From: Bacteroidales bacterium
GTDB taxonomy: Bacteria; Bacteroidota; Bacteroidia; Bacteroidales; WRLA01
Assembly (NCBI GenBank): GCA_963676725.1
Contig: OY781463.1
Location: forward strand, 205,421-269,420
DNA: 64,000 nt
Direction: 5' to 3'
Positions 9,785-18,900 of the stretch are shown piece after piece. How positions within the stretch are numbered: position 1 is the first letter of the stretch; each line of letters opens with the position of its first letter. The translations under genes were made by a program, and so were the position numbers. The notes under the pieces are model-generated. The model was not told the origin of the DNA and ran no database searches. It saw only the letters and a list, made by a program, of their open reading frames with translations.

Positions 9785-11650
9785 TTATGGTGTTATGATG
9801 ATGATTGATTTTTTTTGTGCTTTTAGAACTGATTCTATAAACGCATAGAAATCAGCATACCCACTTTTGGCTGTATTTGTTTTTTTGATAAGAAATTCCC
9901 TGTAAATGATTAGTTGCGTGTTCGTCTTATTGTATGTTTCCTTATAGTGCCCAAATTCTGAATCTATTGAAATTTTTTGAGGAAATTCTACTGACATTTT
10001 ATCCAAATCAGCAACAGAATAATACAATGAATCAATTTGGTATACAGGATAATTGATGCGAAGCTCGTTTTTTCTTTGTTTCGGCGTTTTCAGCTGATAA
10101 TCGACAGATTGGGGCAGATACAAGAGCTGAATGCCGCCGATTTCCCTTAGTGTGTTTGCTTCGATAAGTTCGAGTTCGACCGTAATTTGTTTGTCGTCGC
10201 GTGCACCAATGATAATATCATGTTTTAGGAGAGTGCTGTTTTTTTGTAGGATATCGGCTTCTATTGCCTTTTTTTGCATTTCTTCAGTTTCAGAAAAATA
10301 GTAATGTCGGTATTTTTCAAAAACATCGCCCTGAAGCTTACGCTTGATTAGAAAATGACCTTCATTTTTTGGAGTAATAGTACAATGGGAAATATTCATT
10401 TCCAAGACATCTTCTTTTGTTAGCGTGGGGGTGTGTATTAGTCGGCTGTTTTTCTGATCAACAATAAGCGCTAAGCGGTCTTGTGTGAAGCTGCCTAAAT
10501 AATTGAAAGGAAGATGATTTGCTGTGTTTTCCAGCCAAATGGTGTCCTCTTCTAAAGGGACGCACAGGATCACATGATTAAATTGTTGCGACGGAAATGC
10601 CCTATTTATTGGTTCATGATTATCTCCTGCTTGCACCAAGGTATAGTGTGATTCTATGCCGGCCTTCTTGAGCAGGGCTTTCATATACATGCTTAAGGCC
10701 TTGCAGTCGCCGTATTTTTTCTCGCATACATAGGATGCAGGATATGGTTTTAATCCGCCAATATCAAGGGCAATATTTATATAATGCGTATTGTCCTGCA
10801 AATAGTGATAGAGTTTTCTGGCGATTTCCTTTTTATCTGTTTCGCCCTGAATCAGGCTGTTGACCTTCTTTTTTTCACTCTCCGTCAGTAAATCGGCTCC
10901 CTTGTTTAAATTAAAATGCCACAGCCCAATTTCTTGCCAGCTTTCAGAACAACCTGCAATGCTATAGAAAAAATGAAGAGGAACAATTCGGACGGATGCG
11001 ACCAATTCTGTACGTAGAGGTGCAAAGTTTTCCTTTACAGGAGGAAAAACCATGCCGGAAAACCATTGCATCCTGATTCCTTTTTTTAAAGTGTCCGTCT
11101 TTTGAATCAATGCGCCTTCAGTATTGACGCGGACTTTATAATCCATGGGAAGTTCAACACTCAAGGATGCATCAAGAACCGGAACGCTAGAATAAATTAC
11201 CGGATACCAATGCACAATGTCAATAAATTTTGGATTGCTTGTTTCGTAAGTGTATTTGATGCTATAAGGAAATTCGTTCCATCTAAGGCTGAATTTTTTA
11301 TGCATAAAGTCATCATAAAAACTTTTGGCAGAATAATCCCTCGCAGTGATGATGTCTTTCTTCTTTAATTTCCTGACAATCTTTCCTTTTGCATTGTAAA
11401 TAAGCCCTTCAATGATATCTATGTCCATATAGGAACGATAGGGGATTTCAATATCCGTAACCCAATCGGCATTTTTATTATTGATCTGAATTAAAACACT
11501 AGTTGTTTCGGTCAGTAGTCCATCTTTTAGTACAATATCCGTTTTATATTCAACGACTTCACAATCTACCTGAGCCTGTAAGCCTGAAATAATGCATAAA
11601 AAGAGTAGAAATATATAAATTTTACTTGCTCTCATTGGGTTGATGTTCAA
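9785..11650 (-). CDS. DUF3857 / transglutaminase-like domain secreted protein (Cys and His retained)
   Basis: Signal peptide (IYIFLLFLCIISGLQAQ) and a papain-like transglutaminase core: YGDCKALSMYMKALLKKAGI ... FNHVILCV. Confidence 0.72.
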   Translation of the reverse strand: MNINPMRASKIYIFLLFLCIISGLQAQVDCEVVEYKTDIVLKDGLLTETTSVLIQINNKNADWVTDIEIPYRSYMDIDIIEGLIYNAKGKIVRKLKKKDIITARDYSAKSFYDDFMHKKFSLRWNEFPYSIKYTYETSNPKFIDIVHWYPVIYSSVPVLDASLSVELPMDYKVRVNTEGALIQKTDTLKKGIRMQWFSGMVFPPVKENFAPLRTELVASVRIVPLHFFYSIAGCSESWQEIGLWHFNLNKGADLLTESEKKKVNSLIQGETDKKEIARKLYHYLQDNTHYINIALDIGGLKPYPASYVCEKKYGDCKALSMYMKALLKKAGIESHYTLVQAGDNHEPINRAFPSQQFNHVILCVPLEEDTIWLENTANHLPFNYLGSFTQDRLALIVDQKNSRLIHTPTLTKEDVLEMNISHCTITPKNEGHFLIKRKLQGDVFEKYRHYYFSETEEMQKKAIEADILQKNSTLLKHDIIIGARDDKQITVELELIEANTLREIGGIQLLYLPQSVDYQLKTPKQRKNELRINYPVYQIDSLYYSVADLDKMSVEFPQKISIDSEFGHYKETYNKTNTQLIIYREFLIKKTNTAKSGYADFYAFIESVLKAQKKSIIIITP

Positions 11651-11662
11651 TTACAAAAGGGC

Positions 11663-12292
11663 TTAAAGTTCAACTAGTCCGTTTAGCAGGTCCTCGCAGC
11701 TGCTCCTGAATTCATCAAGAAGGTTTTGTGAGGTATAGGTCAGAAATTGCACGGTTCCTTCGGGGCTGGAGTAATAGTAGCCGTAATAGGATATTTTTAT
11801 GCCCTGAACTGTCCCATCCATTTGTAAGAATAATACTTTTAGGCCATTCACAATGCGGTATTCTTCTTGAACAATATGTAGGTTTGGGGCTGCACTCCTG
11901 CCATTCTCCAAGGCAATTTCCCTTAGCGACAATAATGGGATTTCGATTTTTTCGCTAATGATCAGGCCATACAGATCCCCTTCACGCAGTTGCAGTTCAT
12001 ATTCAGCATCTTCATTTTCTCCTGCTTTGGTAAATGACCATTTTTTAGGATTGATCCAAAAGCCTAAATTAATGCGCGTGCTTTTGAGGAGAAATGTTGC
12101 TTTTTCGCTTTTTTCAAAACGCTCGTTGCTTGTTGGTATTTCAATGTTTGATAAGGTGTCTGCCCCTAAATACTCCCAACTTCCGTTTTCATATAGTATT
12201 ACTTCTTCGCCAAATTCTGTAATCGCTTTCTTTTGAGTGAAACCATAGAGCGCTATAAAGCAAAAGATTCCAAGGATCAATAACTTTTTCAT
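11663..12292 (-). CDS. Hypothetical secreted protein (209 aa)
   Basis: ATG at 12292 gives MKKLLILGIFCFIALYGFTQ, a signal peptide. The longer ORF-track start at 12436 adds an AT-rich, non-protein-like leader. The gene sits 12 nt downstream of the transglutaminase-like gene. Confidence 0.6.
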   Translation of the reverse strand: MKKLLILGIFCFIALYGFTQKKAITEFGEEVILYENGSWEYLGADTLSNIEIPTSNERFEKSEKATFLLKSTRINLGFWINPKKWSFTKAGENEDAEYELQLREGDLYGLIISEKIEIPLLSLREIALENGRSAAPNLHIVQEEYRIVNGLKVLFLQMDGTVQGIKISYYGYYYSSPEGTVQFLTYTSQNLLDEFRSSCEDLLNGLVEL

Positions 12293-12776
12293 TTGTGGGT
12301 TTTTGATTGTTTGTGTACAAAAATATAAATTTATTTTTAAAGAATAAAACAAAATCACATAAAAATATTTATTGGAATACTTCATTATTTGGAGTTTAAG
12401 AATAAAGCAGAGATCAGACAGTATGGGCTGGCACAAACAAGGTTTTTTTTAACCTCTCAAAGAATAAATACAGGATATTCATTTTTTCTGTCAATGCATT
12501 AACAACTGCGAGTGTTCAATCCTTTGTTCAAAAAATTCATTTATTTAATATCTGAGACCCTATTAGGAGTCCTTTTGTTGTTGTATGTGCAAAATGGCCA
12601 ATTTTCAAAATTATTTTTTGTAAAGCGCTTAAAATGTGTATGTAATAACTTTGGTGATGTAATTATTATGTAGTGTGTTTTTGTTGTTGATGTAGTCATT
12701 ATGAGGTTGATTTTTAGCTTTCGCTTTAATCTTATTGCATTTTTGAAGAAATTAATTCGCTCAAAATCACAAAATA

Positions 12777-14561
12777 ATGACAACAGTGCGCCTCCTTTCA
12801 CTTTCCCTTCTTTTGCTTCTAAGTATTTTTCCCTTTCACGCACAATCACAAATTGGGGAAGTTCTATGGCAGGAGGATTTTAATGACCTCAATAACTGGA
12901 TTAAAGAAACAGGGAACGGCAGCTGGGGCTGGGGTAATGGCGAACTACAGTTTTATCAGGCAGATAATGTCTCCTCGGTACTAATTCCCGGCGAACCGGA
13001 AAATTATGGTTTGCACATTGTAGCGAGGGAAGAATCAGGGCCGGGCATTGTGGATCAGTGGGGTAATCCCCTGAATTATACATCCGGTAGGATTAATTCC
13101 AAATCGTTTACTTCTATTAAATATGGTGTTATCGAAACGCGTGTTATGGTTTCGAATATCGATTTAGGTGGCTGGCCTGCTGTATGGCTTCTGGGAACAT
13201 CCAACCATAACTGGCCTACTAAGGGTGAAATTGATATCATGGAAATGGGACACCCAAAGGCCTTCAGGGATTTGCACGACAGCCATAATGGCGGGAATGA
13301 TCAGGATAACAGCACTGTAAACCAGATGGTGGGGGCAAATGCCATTTTCTATAGCGAGGAATCCATTAATCCGGGCAATCCTAGTGGTGCAGCCAGCATT
13401 GCATGGGATCCCGATGATGAATTTTGCCGTCCGTATTTTAATTACAGCAATCCTTTGAATGATCGTTTTTTGATCTACCGTATATATTGGGATGAAAACA
13501 GCTTGCGGTATACTGTTGTAGATGAAGGTGTTGAATATGATTTGTTTGAAGATGTTTTTTATATCGACAGCATAAGCGATGAATTGAATAAGCCCTTCTA
13601 TTTTATTATAAATATGGCCATTGGCGGCGCTTTTACCGATGCATATCAACTCGGTGATCCGGGCAGTGGTGCGGCTATTTCCATGCCTTTCCCCGCAGAG
13701 ATGTATGTCGATTATATTAAGGTGATGAAATGGAACGGACAGGGGCATGTGCATCATGGGCCTCCTGTACCTCAAACAGGTGCTTTTGGAATTTTCACAG
13801 ATGAAACACCTACGAATAGTTCTCTGTTCGTTGAAGAGGAGGCATTTATTTATGCCTGGGAAGGGACACTCTCCCAAGGAAGTATCCCTCCTTATGAAGG
13901 TGAAAACGGAATTAGTTGGGTGAGTAATGGCCTGGGTTGGTTTGGTGCCGGAATAATGTCTGATCAGCCTATTAACCTCTTTGATTTTGCGGACGGCCAT
14001 TTGAATTTTAGCATCAAAATACCTGCCAATGTGAGTTTTCAGATTGGTGTAATCGACACTTGGGGAAATCAGAATTATGTGGAATTTCCTGCAAACCAAA
14101 GCAAGTATGGGCTTGAGCGTAATGGAGAATGGGGCCATGCAAGTATTCCTGTATCAGATTTGAGAGGAGAGTTTATCGATATGCGTATGCTGACTTATGA
14201 ATTCGTTATTCTGGAGGTAAATGGCGTGAATTGTGAATTTGCCCTTGATGATATTTACTATGATGGGGGTGTTGTTGGTGTTTATCAAATTATTTCTCAA
14301 AAACCCGCAATGAATCCCATGGTATATCCTAATCCGGGTGCGACACAGGCACAATTAATCTATGAGATTCAGACTACACAAAATGTTGAAATAGAAGTGT
14401 ATGACATCTGTGGGCAGAAAGTTGCCCAGCTTGTGAATGCAGAAAAGGTTGTAGGAAAACATATGATGAACTGGAAGCTGGACGATTATCAGCCCGGTAT
14501 TTATTTTATCAAATTCAGGACGAATCAAACGGAAGAAATCATCAAATATATTATTCAATAA
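12777..14561 (+). CDS. Glycoside hydrolase family 16 beta-glucanase (laminarinase-like) with T9SS C-terminal sorting domain
   Basis: Signal peptide; GH16 catalytic ExDxxE motif (KGEIDIMEM) preceded by GGWPAVWLLG; extra beta-sandwich region; C-terminal about 80 aa end in VYPNPG...GIYFIKF...IIQ, typical of Por/T9SS CTDs. Confidence 0.88.
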   Translation: MTTVRLLSLSLLLLLSIFPFHAQSQIGEVLWQEDFNDLNNWIKETGNGSWGWGNGELQFYQADNVSSVLIPGEPENYGLHIVAREESGPGIVDQWGNPLNYTSGRINSKSFTSIKYGVIETRVMVSNIDLGGWPAVWLLGTSNHNWPTKGEIDIMEMGHPKAFRDLHDSHNGGNDQDNSTVNQMVGANAIFYSEESINPGNPSGAASIAWDPDDEFCRPYFNYSNPLNDRFLIYRIYWDENSLRYTVVDEGVEYDLFEDVFYIDSISDELNKPFYFIINMAIGGAFTDAYQLGDPGSGAAISMPFPAEMYVDYIKVMKWNGQGHVHHGPPVPQTGAFGIFTDETPTNSSLFVEEEAFIYAWEGTLSQGSIPPYEGENGISWVSNGLGWFGAGIMSDQPINLFDFADGHLNFSIKIPANVSFQIGVIDTWGNQNYVEFPANQSKYGLERNGEWGHASIPVSDLRGEFIDMRMLTYEFVILEVNGVNCEFALDDIYYDGGVVGVYQIISQKPAMNPMVYPNPGATQAQLIYEIQTTQNVEIEVYDICGQKVAQLVNAEKVVGKHMMNWKLDDYQPGIYFIKFRTNQTEEIIKYIIQ

Positions 14562-14587
14562 TTTTTTTCACCATTAATTTTTAGATT

Positions 14588-15937
14588 ATGAAGCAAATTT
14601 TTACACTTTTGGGATTACTACTAGTAGCAGGTTTTGGATTTGGTCAGGTAAGTCCGATCGACTTTGAAGCAGAAGGACATGGAGCAGATTGGACATGGGC
14701 CGTTTTTGAAAATGATGATAATCCACCACTTGAAATAGTGGCCAATCCAGATATGAGTGGTGCAAATACATCCTCAACTGTAGCCAAGTTTACCGCACGT
14801 CAAGCCGGACAGCCCTGGGCAGGATGTGAATCCTTGCACGGATCTGATATTGGAACATTTTCAATCAACGCAAGCAATTCTACCATTAAAATAATGGTTT
14901 GGAAACCCATCATTAGTGATATAGGGATCAAACTAGTAAAACCCGATGGCTGGTCAATGGGAGAAATAAAAGTTGCGAATACAGTGGTTAATGCTTGGGA
15001 AGAACTAACAATTGATTTTACAAGCCAAATTCAAGATGGATATGACCAAATTGTCATCTTCCCGGATTTTGATTTAAATGGCAGAACCCAGGATAATGTG
15101 ATTTATTTTGATAATATTTCGTTCTCTGCACAAGGTGGAGGTGGCGGAGCAGAGCCTGAAATCGCAGCTCCTACGCCAATTCAAGATCCACAAAATGTTA
15201 TTTCTATGTTCAGCGATGTTTATAATGACGTTACTGTAGATACTTGGAGAACCGATTGGTCTGACGGTGTTTTTCAGGAAGTAATAATTGATGGTAGCCC
15301 AACATTAAAATACTCCTCCTTAAACTTTGTTGGTATTGAAACCGTAGGCGCTAATTTAATTGATGCCACTGAGATGACCTATTTCCATCTGGATATGTGG
15401 ACTCCCGATGCAAACGATTTTAAAGTTAAATTGGTCGACTTTGGAGCCGACGCAGCCTATGGTGGTGGTGATGACAGCGAACATGAAATCACTTTTGCCG
15501 CCCCTGCTGCAGAAACATGGATCTCTTATGATATTCCACTCAGTGACTTTACTAGCCTATTGCATAGAAATCATTTGGCGCAATTAATCTTTGTGAAAGC
15601 TCCTTTGGGAACAATTTTTCTAGACAACATCTTCTTTTACAAACAAACAGTAGGAACACAAGACCTTAGTAAGGAAAAGCAAGCAAATCTTTATCAAATT
15701 CAACCCAATCCTTTTTCATACTCTACTGAGATAAAAATTGAATTAAGCCAATCGGAAATGGTAGAGGTTTCCATTTTAGATATTACAGGTAGAACAATAA
15801 GAACCTTGACAAATGGCTATTTTAACGAAGGCACGCACAGCATAAAGTGGGAAATTTCGAATGAAAAGGCCGGTGTATATTTTGTAAAAGTTACTGCAGG
15901 AAACAGCAGTGAAGTGCAAAAATGTATTTTGAAGTAA
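14588..15937 (+). CDS. T9SS-secreted two-module putative glycan-binding protein (449 aa)
   Basis: Signal peptide and two beta-sandwich-like modules. The first, NPIDFE..WTW.VFEN, is paralogous to the N-terminus of the next gene; the second, NVISMFSDVY...HLDMWTP...KVKLVDFG, is paralogous to that gene's last module. The C-terminal T9SS CTD reads IQPNPFS...GVYFVKV. Confidence 0.8.
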   Translation: MKQIFTLLGLLLVAGFGFGQVSPIDFEAEGHGADWTWAVFENDDNPPLEIVANPDMSGANTSSTVAKFTARQAGQPWAGCESLHGSDIGTFSINASNSTIKIMVWKPIISDIGIKLVKPDGWSMGEIKVANTVVNAWEELTIDFTSQIQDGYDQIVIFPDFDLNGRTQDNVIYFDNISFSAQGGGGGAEPEIAAPTPIQDPQNVISMFSDVYNDVTVDTWRTDWSDGVFQEVIIDGSPTLKYSSLNFVGIETVGANLIDATEMTYFHLDMWTPDANDFKVKLVDFGADAAYGGGDDSEHEITFAAPAAETWISYDIPLSDFTSLLHRNHLAQLIFVKAPLGTIFLDNIFFYKQTVGTQDLSKEKQANLYQIQPNPFSYSTEIKIELSQSEMVEVSILDITGRTIRTLTNGYFNEGTHSIKWEISNEKAGVYFVKVTAGNSSEVQKCILK

Positions 15938-15968
15938 AGCTTTATAAGAACCTAAAATATTTATTATA

Positions 15969-18900
15969 ATGAGACAAATTATCACATTATTAAGCTTAAT
16001 ATTTTGTATGAGCTTTGGTTTTGCTCAAACAAATCCGATTGACTTTGAAGTCGGAGGAAATGGAGCAGGATGGACATGGACTGTTTTTGAAAACGGGACA
16101 AATCCCGCCATTGAAATTATAGCGAATCCGGTGTCCGGTGCCGGAAATACCAGTGCTACTGTAGCCAAATTTACTGCATTGCAAATAGGGCAGATCTGGG
16201 CAGGTTGCGAAACCACAGATATTGGAACTTTCACTTTTGATAGTGACAATAGCCTTGTGAAAATGTGGGTATATAAAGACGTTATCAGTGAAGTAAAGTT
16301 GAAATTTGAAGGCACAAGCGCAGCTGTTGAAAGTACAGGTATCCAAAATACCCTAACCGGACAATGGGAAGAGTTAACCTTTGATTTTTCTTTTGCCATT
16401 GGTAATACCTATAACAAATTCGTGCTATTCCCGGATTTTGTAGCCAGAAGCCAGGATAATATCATTTATTACGACAATATTACTTTTAATGCAGGAACCG
16501 CCTTGCCAGCACCAACAACAGGAGCTCCCGCGCCAACACACGATGAAACAACAAATAGTGTTTTTTCTATTTACAGCGATAGCTATACCAATCTGGCCGG
16601 TACTAATTTTAACCCAAACTGGGGGCAAAGCACTTCAGTTACGGTAGATGAATCGATTGGTGGTAACAATACCTTGCTTTATACCGCTTTGAACTATCAG
16701 GGGACGAACCTTGGTAGCAATGATGGAACTCCACAGGATGTGTCTGGACAGAATTATATTCATATCGATTTCTGGACACCAAATGCAACTGTCCTTAATT
16801 TTTTCCTGATTAGTCAATCGAGTGGAGAAAGGTCGTATGCCTTGCCAATCACTACAGAACAATGGGTTAGCGTGGATATTCCACTGAGCCATTATTCAGG
16901 TTTGGGATTGAACCTCTCGGATATTTTTCAGTTTAAAGTCGATGGCGGAGATGGAACCGTTGTTGTATATTTTGACAACTGGTACTTCTGGACAGCAACA
17001 GGAGCAAATGATGCGACTCTGAGCGATCTGCAGCTTGACGGAACAACCATCGACGGTTTTTCGCCTAATATTTTGAGTTATGATGAGTATCTGCCTAATG
17101 GAACGACAATTGTTCCTACAGTAACAGCTACTCCAAATGATCCGAATGCGCAATATGTTGTGAATGCAACAAGCGCGCTTCCGGGTACAACCAGCGTAGT
17201 AGTTACAGCTCAGGATGGCGTTACCATGCAAACCTATAATGTAAATTTTCTTTTAGAAGATCCAGTGCCTGCTGTTGGAGCCCCTGTGCCTGTGCATGAT
17301 GAAACAATGAACAATGTATTCTCGATATACAGCGATAGTTATACCAACCTCGCCAATACTAATTTTAATCCATTCTGGGGACAGTCAACGCAGGTTGCTG
17401 TAGATGAATTGATTGGCGGAAACAATACTTTGGTTTATACCAACCTTAATTATCAGGGAACAAACCTTGGTGATGCTGGTGGTGCACCACAAAATGTTTC
17501 AATTTATGATACGCTCCATATCGACTTCTGGACACCCGATGCAACTGCGCTGAACTTTTTTCTAATCAGCCAGACGAGTGGGGAGCGCTTTTATGCTTTG
17601 CCAATAACAACAGAACAATGGGTTAGTGTGGATATTCCATTGAGTCATTTCTCCGATCAGGGACTTAATCTTACCGATATCTGGCAATTTAAAGTTGATG
17701 GCGGTGATGGAAGCGTAACTGTTTATTTTGATAATTGGTACTTTTATAGCGGCGAGCCGGGTGCAGATGCTACTTTGAGCGATCTACAGGTGGATGGAGA
17801 AACAGTTGATGGTTTTTCTTCTTTTGTTATGGATTATACCGAATTGCTGCCCTATGGAACTACCGTCGTGCCAACGGTTACTGCCACAACAACAGATCCT
17901 GAAGCCACTTATGTGGTTAATGATGCAACATCCCTGCCAGGAGCGACCAGCGTTGTGGTTACTGCTGATGACGGTATAACAACGCTAACATACAATGTGA
18001 GCTTTGTCGTCGAAGATTCTGTGCCAAATCTGAGTGCTCCGGTGCCGGTACATGACCCAATTCTCAATGAAGTTTTCTGTATTTATAGCGATAATTATGT
18101 AAACCTGCAAAATACCAATTTTAATCCATCTTGGGGGCAAAATACACAGGTGACCGTAGGTTTTCCTATAGGAGGAAACGGTACATTATTGTACGATAAC
18201 CTAAACTATCAGGGAACAAATCTGGGTAGTGATGAAGGATCTCCACAGGATGTTTCCGGACACGACTATTTCCATATGGATTTCTGGACCCCCAATGCTA
18301 CTGTATTGAATTTTTACCTGATCAGCCAATCGAGTGGCGAAATCGCTTATGCTTTGCCGGTTTCTGATGAGGAATGGGTGAGCGTGAATATTCCATTAAG
18401 CTACTTTTCCGGTCAGGGACTTGATCTCACAGATATTTTTCAGTTTAAAGTAGATGGAGGAACCGGTACTGAGACAGTTTATTTTGATAATTGGTATTTC
18501 TGGAAAGCAACAGAAGGCAGCGACGCAACACTAAGTGATCTGCAGGTGGATGGCGAAACCATCAATGGATTTTCGCAGGATATCCTTGAGTATGATGAAT
18601 TCTTGCCACAGGGAACTACTGTTGTGCCAACAGTTACAGCTACACCAAGCGCGCCTAATGCAACGCATGTGGTTAATGCGGCCTCATCTCTGCCGGGAAC
18701 TACTAGTGTCGTTGTTACAGCCGAAGACGGTCTCACGATAATGACCTATTATGTCAATTTCAAACTTATGGGTTCGATTCCGACAGAAGGTGCTCCAATA
18801 CCGGTTCATACTGCGAATAATGTATTCTCTATATACAGCGATAGCTATACGAATCTCGAAAACACGAATTTTAATCCCAGTTGGGGGCAGACGACAAGTG

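Noticed and set aside
13164-14138. 324-aa antisense ORF inside the GH16 gene, and many 60-120-aa antisense ORFs inside 15969-21032
   Set aside because: They lie opposite strongly supported genes with diagnostic motifs. Their translations are Ile/Cys/His-rich with no domain features. In the giant gene they recur only because the sense repeats recur.
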